A DNA stretch of 64,000 nt from a virus (lineage: Duplodnaviria > Caudoviricetes), in the IMG/VR virus record IMGVR_UViG_3300028483_000002, positions 1-64,000 of that record. One strand, written 5' to 3'. The translations under genes were made by a program, and so were the position numbers. Shown in pieces: positions 1 to 11,002 of this stretch. The stretch's first letter is position 1. Each line of letters opens with the position of its first letter. Under the pieces are notes generated by a model, which ran no database searches, had not been told where the DNA came from, and saw only the letters and a list, made by a program, of their open reading frames with translations.

Positions 1-2072
1 CCAGTGTTAGAACCTCTAGTTGGTGCTTGAATCTTACCGACATCTAAGTTATTCCAACCATTAGGAGGTACTTTTGCTGTATGAGTATGGTCTTGTACTT
101 GGTCCATTTGACCAACTAAAACGTTCGTTAAAGTTGAAGAAAAAGCTGCATTTATAGTTACAGTATTCCCATTTACAGATAATACATCTCTTTGTTCAAA
201 AGTTGGATTTTCGCCGAGACAATCAATTAAGAGGCTGCCAACTGTTAAGTTGTGTCCATCAGCAAATGTTAATGTTGTGCCATCAATTGACAACACCTCT
301 AATTGTTTGTTGAATTCTTCTGCAGCGCCACCTGCAATGCGAGTAAATAAGCCTGTATATCTATTAGAAATATCCTCCCAATCTCCATACAAATTCATAT
401 CAATTGGAGAAGGACACAAAGGATATTGTGGATAAACAAAACCTACTGGGTATAAAACATCAGCTAAAAATTTCATATTCGGAATTTCATCACTAGGAGC
501 TGTTGGTTTGTTTGTTGGTTTTGCTCCGTGAACCACCCCATTCTTATCCCGTAAAACCAGAGTATTTTTGTTTGTTGAAGGCGAAATATAGCTTTGCAAA
601 AAGATTATGTCTGTTTCTCCTACAATAATATTATCAACAAGAGAATAAAATACACAACCTTTATTTGTATTCCCATTGATAACAGAAAAAAACTGTTTAG
701 TCATGTCAAATGCAGCTCTGACCCAAGAACTTGCTGTTATTTGATAAATTCCGTTTTCTTTTTGGTCGTTTTGGTTTTTTACTAAAACAAAATCTCCAGA
801 TGTACAAGACACTCCATCAATGAATTGTTCTCCCTGTAAACTTACATTTTGTGTTGTTGCAGCCTTGATTGTTGTTGGATTAACTGAGAATTTGGATAGA
901 ATTCTGTTTGTAGCGGCGGTTGGATCAAGATTTTGTTCAAGGTATTGAACTCTTGAAGCTAAATTATTTACCAAATTAGAGATGCTATCAGTTACAGCTT
1001 TTGTTATTAATTGATTACTTGCAGTTGCAGAATAACCGTTAGTTACTAATTTTCCTTCTGGTGTAATTGTTAAGACTGTATTATCACCAATCTTCAAATA
1101 AGCAGTTCCTTCACCATCCGCACCAAGTTTAAGAGCATTTGTAAGAATATTGTTAACATCAGCAATAGAAGATAATGCAACTTCACCATTAAAGTTAAAA
1201 GCACCGTTTTTAAGATAATTATTAAACAGTGTTGTTAAAAGTGTAGAAACTTTGACGAGCATTGATAACACACTATCTGTTGTTGAAATTGTTTCATTTG
1301 GTAAAGTTACAGATCCCCCTAACGGAATAACATTTGAGTTTAATGCGTTAGCACCTGTTCCAATGTTCATTTCTTTAGTGCCAATAACTTTCTCTTTGTG
1401 TGAACCATCTTCATTATGTTGTTCTCTGAATCGTTTATTCACATCTGAAATATATCCGATGTTGTATGTAATGCTAGGTTGTGTGGTCCAATTGTCATTG
1501 TCAAGCCCTGCAACATCACTAGTTATATTTTTTATATCAGATTCCAAAATAGTTGAATTATTTGCCCTAATTACAACTTCTGCAAGTTTGACCCACCCAT
1601 CATCTACTTCCGGAGCAACACTAGAGCCTTCTTCTCCAGCCTTAATTTGGAAAACAGGTTTTAAGAATTTCTTTGTGTCAACATACTGATATGTTTGGGT
1701 GTCTGTATCAGGGTCGTTGAAGGCACGTTGTTGATTATCATAAGTTGCCCATTCTCCTTTCACCTGAATAATATCAATTCTTCCTTCTGTAGATTCTCCA
1801 AATCCATATTCCATTACTTGTTCTTCTGTAGAACCAAAGTTTTGACCTGTTGAAAAACAAACTCCATAAATAGGTGAGATTTTTACATTCATTCCTTGGT
1901 ATGGAATGACTTTTCCGTTAATGACAAAATCCTGGTTTGCTTCTAAAACCATCTGTGTCATTCTAGACACGTTATTAATCAAATTGTCAAAAGCAAAAGT
2001 GAAATCACTTGCTTTAACAATTTCATTGTCTAAAACTTGTGCTGTGTTAAATGTTGATTCTTCTAAACTCAT
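1..2072 (-). CDS. Tail fibre protein (C-terminus runs off the left edge, >690 aa; absent from ORF track)
   Basis: My translation from ATG 2072 (MSLEESTFNTAQ...) stays open to base 1; contains AATTQNVSLQGEQFIDGV..VLVKNQNDQKENGIY, LYPVGFVYPQY and QMDQVQDHTH fibre/collar motifs; follows baseplate genes. Confidence 0.85.
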   Translation of the reverse strand, partial: MSLEESTFNTAQVLDNEIVKASDFTFAFDNLINNVSRMTQMVLEANQDFVINGKVIPYQGMNVKISPIYGVCFSTGQNFGSTEEQVMEYGFGESTEGRIDIIQVKGEWATYDNQQRAFNDPDTDTQTYQYVDTKKFLKPVFQIKAGEEGSSVAPEVDDGWVKLAEVVIRANNSTILESDIKNITSDVAGLDNDNWTTQPSITYNIGYISDVNKRFREQHNEDGSHKEKVIGTKEMNIGTGANALNSNVIPLGGSVTLPNETISTTDSVLSMLVKVSTLLTTLFNNYLKNGAFNFNGEVALSSIADVNNILTNALKLGADGEGTAYLKIGDNTVLTITPEGKLVTNGYSATASNQLITKAVTDSISNLVNNLASRVQYLEQNLDPTAATNRILSKFSVNPTTIKAATTQNVSLQGEQFIDGVSCTSGDFVLVKNQNDQKENGIYQITASSWVRAAFDMTKQFFSVINGNTNKGCVFYSLVDNIIVGETDIIFLQSYISPSTNKNTLVLRDKNGVVHGAKPTNKPTAPSDEIPNMKFLADVLYPVGFVYPQYPLCPSPIDMNLYGDWEDISNRYTGLFTRIAGGAAEEFNKQLEVLSIDGTTLTFADGHNLTVGSLLIDCLGENPTFEQRDVLSVNGNTVTINAAFSSTLTNVLVGQMDQVQDHTHTAKVPPNGWNNLDVGKIQAPTRGSNT

Positions 2073-2092
2073 TTTTCTCTCTCTCCTTATAT

Positions 2093-3178
2093 TTATTCTA
2101 TATAATCCCTTGTAATTATTTCTAAATAGGCTTTTACCCCTACAGAACGCAAATAATTCAATAAATCTTCATAAACATCTTTTGCAAACCCCGCGGCTAC
2201 TCCTGATAAAAAAGATTTATCATAATATCCATAGTTTCCATATCTTGGTTGAGGTGGTGTTGATTCAGATGTTTCTACATTTGGATCCGCATCTCCACTA
2301 GCCAAACCAAAAGCATTAGCAGCAGAATATCCTTCAAACTGTGCAATAATTGTAAAACTTGGATATGGTTGTTTTTCAAACAACCTAAAATAATCAAGAT
2401 AAGTTAGTGTTTCAATATATTCAAAACTAATCGTAACAGAATTATCGCCCTGATTAGTAATAAAAAACAAACTTTGATTATTCCAATTATTGCTTGAAAA
2501 TTCATTTTTTACTTCTTCTGTACTCCATTGTTGATTTTTATAATCCCAATATTTATTGTGATTATTTTTTATAACAACATTAATTTTGCCCTTTAGGAAA
2601 AAGTGAAGGAAGTATGTGTTCTGTGTTACAGATACAGTTTGACTTAACAATCCTCCTGTTTGGTTCATTTCAATCCCATAAGTTTTAGAAAATCTACTAT
2701 CTTTTGTTGCAGAACAGTTATTTAATATCCAAGAACTCGGATTATCTGTTTCAATATCTCCATCAACTAATAAATTGGCAAGGCTTTGTACAGAATCATC
2801 TGTTTTATTTGTGTTTTCAACTAAATAAATCTTAGCACTAGGAAAGTACTGTGAAAATACGTTTTTAACATCAAAAGGAGTTCCCCATTTAGTGTCATGG
2901 TTTCTTACAAAAATAGCACCTATTCTGTTTTTTAACGAAATTTCTGTTTCATCAACAAACTGTTTTAAATATGTAAAAAAAGCGACTGTTTTTTTAAGCA
3001 TCTCTCCAGATTGTTCATATATGCTTGCCGTTGAAACCCACTCTTGCATGTATTTTAACAAATTGTCAGTTTCATTAATTATTGGAGTAATAACAGCTTT
3101 AAAGTTTTTAGCATTCTTATCTATTGTTTTTGGGAAGTTCCCAATTATTTTTTGCGATATTGTCATACTCTCCCCCAT
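2093..3178 (-). CDS. Baseplate wedge / fibre-attachment protein
   Basis: 361 aa ORF between baseplate J and fibre; position-based call. Confidence 0.55.
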   Translation of the reverse strand: MGESMTISQKIIGNFPKTIDKNAKNFKAVITPIINETDNLLKYMQEWVSTASIYEQSGEMLKKTVAFFTYLKQFVDETEISLKNRIGAIFVRNHDTKWGTPFDVKNVFSQYFPSAKIYLVENTNKTDDSVQSLANLLVDGDIETDNPSSWILNNCSATKDSRFSKTYGIEMNQTGGLLSQTVSVTQNTYFLHFFLKGKINVVIKNNHNKYWDYKNQQWSTEEVKNEFSSNNWNNQSLFFITNQGDNSVTISFEYIETLTYLDYFRLFEKQPYPSFTIIAQFEGYSAANAFGLASGDADPNVETSESTPPQPRYGNYGYYDKSFLSGVAAGFAKDVYEDLLNYLRSVGVKAYLEIITRDYIE

Positions 3179-3181
3179 CTT

Positions 3182-4267
3182 TTATTGATTAACAATATTA
3201 ACTATAACGGAGCTAAATCTTGCAATTTGATTAATACCTATTTTTACATTATCCGCAGCATCATTAATTTCTACTCCTGATATATCTGTAATTCCCGTTA
3301 TTTGTTTAAGGAGAACAATTATTGAAGACAAAACAACATCTTCATTAATTCCTAAACTATTAATATAGTTTTGCAATTTAACTGTTATATCATCTTGTAT
3401 GCGACTAGAATCTACACGGTAAATTGTAGCAGTCAATGAAATTGAAATGTCTATAACACTTGCAGGTTGAACATCAACTTGAACCCCCGCTGCCCTTAAT
3501 CCTGGGCTTGTTTCAGTATCGTTTCCATTAATTAATTCTACTACTTTATCCCGTAAATTTTCTGTTAATCTACCAGTACCATCATCAACATAAACAGTAA
3601 AATTATAGATGTTAGATTTTGGAGGAAAATGTTCATCAATTCCAACAGATCGCACTCCTTCAACACCCAAAACTCCAGCCATTATCCCATACTTATTATT
3701 TCCTTGAAGGCCATTAATGTACAGTTTGAATCTTCGTAGCATTTCAGTATCAGTTTCCGCATTTGTTCCTCCGATAGATTTATAGGGATTAGTAACCCCT
3801 ATTATTTCAGCAGATAAGTTGCTTTCTATCGTTGTAACTGTATTTGCGGCAACATTATATTCTAGCCCAATATTTTCTGCCACTGCACTAACAGCGTTAG
3901 AAGTTGTTTCTCCGCTTGCAATTGTACCTAATTCTGTTGTAATAAAAACCAAACTTCCATTACTAACCCTAGTTCCACTTGGGATTGTTGAAACATAATC
4001 AACAGCAGAATTCCTGCTAAACACAACATCTACAGAAGCTTTTTGACCATTTTTTCTTTCAAAGTCAAAAAGGGCATACGGTATTTCTCTTAAATTATTT
4101 GCATACCCTGTTCTTGTATCAACATACCCCTGTTCCATTGGTCTAGCTACAGATTCAAAAATTGTCATTATATTTGACCCTGCATTAAAATCTGTAATTT
4201 CCTTAGATATACTTATTGCATTATTCTTCATTGATTCTACTAGTTCGCTATATGTTTTTGTTACCAT
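3182..4267 (-). CDS. Baseplate J-like wedge protein
   Basis: DFNAGS, A...GLEYNVAAN, GGTNAETDTEMLRRF motifs typical of baseplate J; synteny. Confidence 0.9.
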   Translation of the reverse strand: MVTKTYSELVESMKNNAISISKEITDFNAGSNIMTIFESVARPMEQGYVDTRTGYANNLREIPYALFDFERKNGQKASVDVVFSRNSAVDYVSTIPSGTRVSNGSLVFITTELGTIASGETTSNAVSAVAENIGLEYNVAANTVTTIESNLSAEIIGVTNPYKSIGGTNAETDTEMLRRFKLYINGLQGNNKYGIMAGVLGVEGVRSVGIDEHFPPKSNIYNFTVYVDDGTGRLTENLRDKVVELINGNDTETSPGLRAAGVQVDVQPASVIDISISLTATIYRVDSSRIQDDITVKLQNYINSLGINEDVVLSSIIVLLKQITGITDISGVEINDAADNVKIGINQIARFSSVIVNIVNQ

Positions 4268-6004
4268 TTATATATTCCCCCCAAAAGTTTTTGTTGCATT
4301 ATTAATATCTGTATATACAACTTGAATTTTTAAATTATCACCCTTCCCAAGGAAAGTAATATTATCAACACTTTCAACCCTTGGATCTTCAACCGTTGTT
4401 TGATTGATACTAGCTTGGATTAACGCAGAACTTGCTCTAGCGTCATTACCAATAGATGTTTGGATGCCATATAATTCTAACCTAACCCTAGAACCAATTT
4501 CACTAGAATATCTATTAAGTAATGCTTGTTGTAAATTATCAGCTCCTTTAATACAAACTATATCACCATTATTAATTTCAAAATCTTTTGTCATTGTGTT
4601 AATTTTCAAATCACTACCATAATTATCTTTGACATCTGGAACATTATATACTTCATTGTTAGCACTTGTATTTGATGCCATATCTAACTGTGGTATTAAT
4701 ATTTTCTTTCCTGCTTTTAACGGTTGATTGGCAGGTAAATTATTATAAACTGCAATTATACATGACAAACTAGGATCCCCATAATATTTTAATGCAATTT
4801 GGTCCCACGATGTTTCTGCATCTGAAATTTCTATTGTTTTATACCCGTAAGTAATTATTATTTGATCGTCATTTTCAACATTTCCCGGAATTACAGAAAT
4901 TCCTTGTTCATTTAGATTTTTTTTAATTGCAACTTTTACAGCATTTGCAACATTAAGAGCCGCATTATAATTTGTAATTAAGCTATCAGAAATTTCTTCT
5001 TCTGATATTTGTGTTGAATCTTCGCTTTCAATAATTTTAGAAGAAGTGCTAAACAGTTCTTTAACTTGTTGCCAATAAGCCTCTCCGTATGTATTCGGTA
5101 AATTTAACGCAAAATCTGCAATTTTAACAAAAGAATCAACCATATTTACACAAGAATTCCATACATCAGCGGCTAAAGATGGTTGAAACCTTAGGGCAGA
5201 ACTAATTGCTCTATCAGCAACCCCAATAACGTCCTTGTTGAATCCAGCAATAGCATCTGTGCCGAATTTAATAACATTCGCATAGCTTGATACAGTTGTT
5301 TCAAAAATATCAATAAGGTTATTGCTCATTTCAATTGCATTATATAACTCACCAATAAATGAAGCTCCATAATCTATTGCAGTTTGATTGTAGTCTTTTA
5401 ATTTATTGGTCCATGTTTGCACTCCGGATAAGAAATTATCATCTGTTAAAACCTTTAAACTAAAACCAACATCTTTCTTTTCATAATGAAATTTATTTTT
5501 CTTTAAAACTTCGGGCAAACCAATTGCTTCAAATTTATAGTTATATGTAAATGGTTTTTCTTTTGATCTACTAATTTCCAGTGTAGATACAAATATCTGC
5601 CACCATTTAGGATTGTTTTTTACACCAACTTCACCGCCGTTCAAAGAATATAAGTAAACTTCTTTTCTTTGCAATTTATCTTGTGATCCATATTTTTTTA
5701 AAAGATCTCTTAAATAAAATATTTCTTCACTGCCCGTTAATTCTGTAGAACCTAAAGAACTTTTGTATATTAATTTTAAAGTTTCGTTAATTGTAGACCC
5801 TGATAATGAAATTTGAACAGCATCGTTTCCATAATCAGCAACAACCATTCCACCAAAAGTTTTAGTTTCTCCTTTTCTTTGAGGAAAAGAAAAACTTTCT
5901 TGTTCTGGTGGAACAGAAAAAGTAAAAGCGTCTGTTAATATTCCATCTATTTTAAATTCGAGAAGATAACTTTTTTTCCAAAAATTAGAATTTAAATAAC
6001 TCAT
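4268..6004 (-). CDS. Fused baseplate protein: tube-initiator-like N-terminus, LysM-like centre, gp25-like C-terminus
   Basis: ETSWDQIALKYYGDPS..IAVYNNL..LKAGKKILIP (LysM-like); GADNLQQALLNR..YG..DPRVESV (gp25-like). Confidence 0.7.
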   Translation of the reverse strand: MSYLNSNFWKKSYLLEFKIDGILTDAFTFSVPPEQESFSFPQRKGETKTFGGMVVADYGNDAVQISLSGSTINETLKLIYKSSLGSTELTGSEEIFYLRDLLKKYGSQDKLQRKEVYLYSLNGGEVGVKNNPKWWQIFVSTLEISRSKEKPFTYNYKFEAIGLPEVLKKNKFHYEKKDVGFSLKVLTDDNFLSGVQTWTNKLKDYNQTAIDYGASFIGELYNAIEMSNNLIDIFETTVSSYANVIKFGTDAIAGFNKDVIGVADRAISSALRFQPSLAADVWNSCVNMVDSFVKIADFALNLPNTYGEAYWQQVKELFSTSSKIIESEDSTQISEEEISDSLITNYNAALNVANAVKVAIKKNLNEQGISVIPGNVENDDQIIITYGYKTIEISDAETSWDQIALKYYGDPSLSCIIAVYNNLPANQPLKAGKKILIPQLDMASNTSANNEVYNVPDVKDNYGSDLKINTMTKDFEINNGDIVCIKGADNLQQALLNRYSSEIGSRVRLELYGIQTSIGNDARASSALIQASINQTTVEDPRVESVDNITFLGKGDNLKIQVVYTDINNATKTFGGNI

Positions 6005-6005
6005 C

Positions 6006-6386
6006 TTATTCCACCTTCATAACACTTTGACCTGCATTTGTGATTTTTACAGTTATTACATCAGTTGCAGGGCTTGTATTTGTTCCCGTTTGCTTTTGAC
6101 CATTGATAGTAATTGTGCAACTATCTTCTTCTTTAATAATGGGCTGATTTTCTAACATATTTTTAGTTGCAGAACCTATTATCACACCATTTCCACTACC
6201 AGAACCAGGAATCCACGAAGGAACATTTGTTGATGTAAAACCGGAAACAGATATATTCATAGTTCCTTTATAAATTTCCTTTCCTTGAACGCTTCCTTTT
6301 GTTGATGGGTTTGTATTAATCTGAATCATTCCTGAACCACTAGACAACTCTAAAGTACACCCTTCTACAACTGCATTTTTCATCAT
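6006..6386 (-). CDS. Probable baseplate spike-tip protein
   Basis: 126 aa Gly/Ser/Thr-rich ORF directly after the spike gene. Confidence 0.5.
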   Translation of the reverse strand: MMKNAVVEGCTLELSSGSGMIQINTNPSTKGSVQGKEIYKGTMNISVSGFTSTNVPSWIPGSGSGNGVIIGSATKNMLENQPIIKEEDSCTITINGQKQTGTNTSPATDVITVKITNAGQSVMKVE

Positions 6387-7144
6387 TTTAATACCTCCAA
6401 ATTTCCATTAAGTGTTATTTTGGAAGCATCCATTTCTATTGTTGAACCATTTTTTACAGATATAGAAATATCATTTGACTTAGTTTCTATTACATTTCCA
6501 CTTTTATCTTCTATATATATACCATCACTAGTTCTATTAATTGTATTGCCATTAACATCAATTACAGAGATTCCATCTTCATTAATTACAATGGAATTAT
6601 CCCAAGCTAACAACTTTATTTCTTTACTTTGTGATTTGTTGTTGTTTTCAGATGTATTAACAAATATCTGTATTTTTTCATCATGAGAAACAATAGAACT
6701 ATTTCCATTAGAATAATCTTCTATAATATCCCATCCACCTTGTGTTTTTGTTTCTCTGCTATTATTTTTTTCTTCTAAATCATCATCATTTTTAGCCCAT
6801 AATTCTCTTATGTTTTCATCACCACGGGAGAATCCTGAACATAAAACGAACGCACCTGTGGCTGTCTTTGTTGGTGTTAGTACAAACACCCTTGAATTGA
6901 TTGGAGGAAGATTTCTTTGAGATGGAACGTAATCTTTTTTATCATCGACTGTTACCCATTCACCAGAAACAACAGGTAAATTTTCATACTGATAGCCAGT
7001 ATCAGAAACAACTGTTACAGCGTTTTTCTTTGAATTTTGACCTATAACGATGCCCCAAAATCCAATTCTATTAGCTAGATAGTTTTCATTGGTTAAACGA
7101 GGAGGTATTGCATTCGTTTTATGGACTATTTTTCTGACAATCAT
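6383..7144 (-). CDS. Baseplate central spike (gpV/gp45-like)
   Basis: N-terminal OB-like region (LPPINSRVFVL) and C-terminal beta-strand repeats (GNTI..TSDGI.IEDKSGNVIE). Confidence 0.75.
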   Translation of the reverse strand: MIVRKIVHKTNAIPPRLTNENYLANRIGFWGIVIGQNSKKNAVTVVSDTGYQYENLPVVSGEWVTVDDKKDYVPSQRNLPPINSRVFVLTPTKTATGAFVLCSGFSRGDENIRELWAKNDDDLEEKNNSRETKTQGGWDIIEDYSNGNSSIVSHDEKIQIFVNTSENNNKSQSKEIKLLAWDNSIVINEDGISVIDVNGNTINRTSDGIYIEDKSGNVIETKSNDISISVKNGSTIEMDASKITLNGNLEVLK

Positions 7145-8508
7145 CTCACAAACTCCTGATACGATTTACTTATTTGTTTTACAGGTGTAAAATCCCCGCT
7201 TTCTAGATAAACACCACCCCTCGAAACTTCATAATTAATAGAAGGATTATCGCCATAATTCCAACTATGAGATGCTTTTGTAATGTAAAAGTCTGCACCA
7301 CAAAATTTGAGCCATTCACCTACAGAATTATGTTTATGTGTTATATAATTCACAATCGTAATATCGCCACTAAGCATTTCATCTAAATGACTAAACCACC
7401 TATCCATTTTTGCTGCCAATTCTGACATTTTTTCGGAATTTAATTTTCCGTCTGCACTAAACCCTACAAACGAACAAGTTAATAATTGATAGCCATATTT
7501 TGAAACTTTTTCAGTATTTGCTTTTGCACACTCATAACCTTTTTCTTCAACCGATGTTCCCTTTGCTAAATTCATATAAAAACTAGGAGATTGAGAACTT
7601 CCTTCTAGATATGGCATAAATGCTGTATATACTTCTTCACAATTCCTAGTAAGAGTAAAGTCTTTTAAACATGTAGGATTAATTTGACTTATGTTTTCAT
7701 GTGATAAATCAAACGGAACTTCTCTAACCCGTATTTTTGGAGAATTATTTTTTACTATTCCATAAATTTCATAAATTGGAGATGGCAATAATTTTTTTAT
7801 ATAATTAATATATGTAATAGTTCCTTCTGTAAACATGTTTGAAGAAATTGGATAATAAAAACTTTCTTTTCCCACTTCAAAAATATCTTTGTCATACCAT
7901 TTTTCTATCAATTCTGCAATCAAAAAATTAGATATTTCTTTGTTATTTTTTGTTGCTTGAACAAACGTATCAAAACTTTTTTTTACAATATCACTAACAA
8001 GGATTGGATTTTCTCCTTGATTTTTTGCAAAATCAACAATTAACTGTTTATTATTTGAATTAAAAGAAACTGTTTTAATGTCTGTGTTGATGTTTAAATA
8101 TTGGAATAAAAAAGAAATATCTTTACCAGAAACAGTAACTATTTTTTGCAAATTTGATGCAACACACCCAATTGATATGGTCGTAACAACACCAATAAAA
8201 TCGTAGGTTGTCCCCCCATCTTCTGAAATAACGACAATATCTAATGGTGAAACTTTATCCATAAATAAATCATCAGTATTTTCATCTTCTTTTACTGTAA
8301 AAGAAAACGAACCTTCTATATTGGTTGGTGTTGAAACTTCAAATGAATATGATTGTAAATTTTTGCCTGATGAATATGTTGAATTTGGAGAAAATACTTC
8401 ATACAGTTTTTGAGCAACTTTATTATTTTCTATTGATGAATAACACTTTATAACTGGTTGTGGACTTTGACTTAAAATCTCCATTTTCACCATCTCCATT
8501 TTTTTCAA
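7141..8508 (-). CDS. Baseplate hub protein
   Basis: 455 aa ORF between tape measure and spike; true start probably ATG 8484 after GGAG. Confidence 0.65.
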   Translation of the reverse strand: MKKMEMVKMEILSQSPQPVIKCYSSIENNKVAQKLYEVFSPNSTYSSGKNLQSYSFEVSTPTNIEGSFSFTVKEDENTDDLFMDKVSPLDIVVISEDGGTTYDFIGVVTTISIGCVASNLQKIVTVSGKDISFLFQYLNINTDIKTVSFNSNNKQLIVDFAKNQGENPILVSDIVKKSFDTFVQATKNNKEISNFLIAELIEKWYDKDIFEVGKESFYYPISSNMFTEGTITYINYIKKLLPSPIYEIYGIVKNNSPKIRVREVPFDLSHENISQINPTCLKDFTLTRNCEEVYTAFMPYLEGSSQSPSFYMNLAKGTSVEEKGYECAKANTEKVSKYGYQLLTCSFVGFSADGKLNSEKMSELAAKMDRWFSHLDEMLSGDITIVNYITHKHNSVGEWLKFCGADFYITKASHSWNYGDNPSINYEVSRGGVYLESGDFTPVKQISKSYQEFVR

Positions 8509-8510
8509 AT

Positions 8511-8606
8511 AAAAAAAAGCCGCCTATTCCGAAAAAGAATAAGCGGCTGCCTTTAAAAACACACCATTAATAAATCAATAATACCACAATAAAATAGTTT
8601 TTTCAA
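8511..8606 (-). promoter_or_regulatory. Late leader L1: promoter + TGTGT motif + GCAG-stem terminator
   Basis: TTGAAA(8606-8601)-17-TATTAT(8583-8578); GGTGTGTTTTTAAAGGCAGCCGCTTATTC..GAATAGGCGGC-T8 before hub gene. Confidence 0.75.
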
Positions 8607-8609
8607 TTA

Positions 8610-10634
8610 CTATTTTCTCTCAATAATTTCCATATTTTTAACAGTATCAATTAATATTTTTAGATACTCCACCATTTGACTACGTTCGGTTGGATATAAA
8701 TAACCATCTTCAACTTGCGCTCGTAATCTTGTATATAACTCACTATCTTCCCCGTTTTTTTTAGGGAAAAGTATTTCTGCTTGCAAATAACGTTGTAATT
8801 GCGATAAATCAACGCCTTTGTTATCTGCAATATCTTGTAAAGCTTCTTCATAATTTTGTAGTAAATAATCAGTTAGTTTTTGTTTTCCATCATAAGATGT
8901 AATTCTTGGAGTTTGTTCCACATCTAATTTTTCTCTGTTATAATATAAAGGTTGTGTTTTCATATCATATTTTTGCTGATATTCAGGTAACACATTCTCT
9001 TCGTTTTCATCTCCCAATAAAAAATTTTTTATTGCATCAACACCTTGTGAGATTGGTTCAAGAGCCGCTGTACTCAGCCCCTTCACTCCCATACCAATTT
9101 CTTCTGCTGTTTCTGCAATTCTATTTAATGATTCTTGATTTCTTGTTTCTAAATTTTGATTTTTAGGATCCTTTTGTAACTTTTCAATTTCAGATTGTAA
9201 CTCCGATTCAGAAAGCCCTTTACCTTCTAATTTCAATAATTTAGATACCCCAGTGTAATTCATTCCGGTAATATCTCTTAAATATTCTGCCTTTGCTTGT
9301 ATGTCCCCCCCTGTTCTATCATTCAAAGTTTTCATCAACGAATTAAAAACTTTTCCGTCCTTCAATCCGCGTTCCATCAACATCATATCGTTAAGATACC
9401 CACCATCCTGAATATAATCACCTTCTAGAATAGTTTTTTGTGCTTGTGTATCAAATGCTGATGAGAACGCTTGCAATACCATAACATCGGATGTTTTTGC
9501 CAATGCTGTTGCACCAGCAATTCCATTATTAATTTGATTAAGTCTTTGAGCTCCCCTTTCCCCTGCCCAAAATTGGTCGTTATTAGAAAGTCTACTAAAC
9601 ATTACCATTGTATCGGCAACTTCTTTTGACGAACGAGTAAATCCTTTGGCAATACCATCTTCCATAACTTTTTCTATGCCCATAAGAAATTCACCCATTT
9701 GAGAATCTTCTAAACCACTTGCTTTAGCCGCTCCATACAAATACGAAAAATCGTTGCCAATATCTTTTGAGCCACCATAACGCATCATTTTTCCAGCCAA
9801 ATTGATATATTGGTTTTCATCTCCGTTAGTTGCATAGGCCCACTTTAATGCTGATTGTGCATTAACCCCAGCACTGTCAATATTTTTGACTCCTTGTTTT
9901 GCTAACGCTTGCACATATTGGTTGAACTCCGCATTATCTAAACCCGTTCCAACATTATAATTGTTTAGTCTTTTATATATATCAAAGTTTTCTTGTGATG
10001 AACCATCAAAATTAAAACTTTTTCCTGATTGATTAATTATTGATTCATTGCTAGCATATTTGTCCGAGAAAGCAGTTGCCCCTTTTACAATAGCCCCACC
10101 TATTAACAACCCAGGTATAGCTTTGCCTAATATACCTGCAAATGCATCCATACCATTATTTTTTGCCAAATCCTGAATTTTTGAAACAGAATCAGCAGTA
10201 TTGCTAAAAGCACCTGAAACTGCCCCACCCATATTTCCATGAATAATATTTGATGATAATGAATTCCCGTTGTTAAATAAACCAACTAACAATTGTTCCC
10301 TAGTTTTATCTATTTGTTCTTGGCTTTTATCATAATCTTTGATTGTGCGTCGTACTTTTGGAACATCATCTTTTAAATCTGCAAGTGATTTTGAAAGTTG
10401 TTGAAAATTGTATATAATAGTTGGTAATGATTTTTCAAATTCACCAACTAACATTTTTTGAGATGAATCAGAAAAAGATGGATTGTTTAATATATTTCCT
10501 TGAATGGCTTCAGAGGAAGAAGAATTAGTGTATAAAGGTTGTTGTTGTGTCTGTTTGGTAATATCATCTAATCCACTCTTTACGCTGGATGTATCTAATG
10601 ACACATGACCTTTTATATCTATTTGTGCTGACAT
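8610..10634 (-). CDS. Tape measure protein
   Basis: 674 aa Ala/Gly-rich helical ORF after tail chaperones and before hub. Confidence 0.8.
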   Translation of the reverse strand: MSAQIDIKGHVSLDTSSVKSGLDDITKQTQQQPLYTNSSSSEAIQGNILNNPSFSDSSQKMLVGEFEKSLPTIIYNFQQLSKSLADLKDDVPKVRRTIKDYDKSQEQIDKTREQLLVGLFNNGNSLSSNIIHGNMGGAVSGAFSNTADSVSKIQDLAKNNGMDAFAGILGKAIPGLLIGGAIVKGATAFSDKYASNESIINQSGKSFNFDGSSQENFDIYKRLNNYNVGTGLDNAEFNQYVQALAKQGVKNIDSAGVNAQSALKWAYATNGDENQYINLAGKMMRYGGSKDIGNDFSYLYGAAKASGLEDSQMGEFLMGIEKVMEDGIAKGFTRSSKEVADTMVMFSRLSNNDQFWAGERGAQRLNQINNGIAGATALAKTSDVMVLQAFSSAFDTQAQKTILEGDYIQDGGYLNDMMLMERGLKDGKVFNSLMKTLNDRTGGDIQAKAEYLRDITGMNYTGVSKLLKLEGKGLSESELQSEIEKLQKDPKNQNLETRNQESLNRIAETAEEIGMGVKGLSTAALEPISQGVDAIKNFLLGDENEENVLPEYQQKYDMKTQPLYYNREKLDVEQTPRITSYDGKQKLTDYLLQNYEEALQDIADNKGVDLSQLQRYLQAEILFPKKNGEDSELYTRLRAQVEDGYLYPTERSQMVEYLKILIDTVKNMEIIERK

Positions 10635-10654
10635 TTCTTCTTCCCCCTATTTTT

Positions 10655-11002
10655 TTATTCAAAAGTAGCTTTCGCTATTTCTTCTTCTGAATAACCTAAT
10701 TCTCTTAATGTATCTGCATCTACTTTAGATTCATTTTTTTCCTTTGCTTTTATATAAGCATTTTTGATCATGTCTTTGTCAAAGTTCATATAATACTCAA
10801 ACCAAATATAGAAAAATAAATTATCTAAATTATTATTATTCGAGTTTGTTGCTGCTAATATTGTCGAATAATCCTGGACCACCATCATCTGAAACGTTTC
10901 CCACGGAAGCCACGTCCGAATAGATTCCTTCCCCATTATTTTCAAGGTGTTGTTGCACTTTGAGGCGAAATTCATACGCTTTCGCATACACCTCCTGAAC
11001 AA
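10655..11002 (-). CDS. Tail assembly chaperone partner (overlapping frame; true start uncertain)
   Basis: Open frame overlapping the chaperone 3' end and ending just before the tape measure RBS. Confidence 0.55.
   Translation of the reverse strand: MFRRCMRKRMNFASKCNNTLKIMGKESIRTWLPWETFQMMVVQDYSTILAATNSNNNNLDNLFFYIWFEYYMNFDKDMIKNAYIKAKEKNESKVDADTLRELGYSEEEIAKATFE

Noticed and set aside
1-2072. Diversity-generating retroelement acting on the tail fibre
   Set aside because: No reverse transcriptase or template/variable repeat pair in the window; fibre C-terminus is cut off.
10878-10884. G-GGA-AAC as the functional -1 chaperone frameshift
   Set aside because: The -1 frame stops three codons later and does not reach the downstream ORF.
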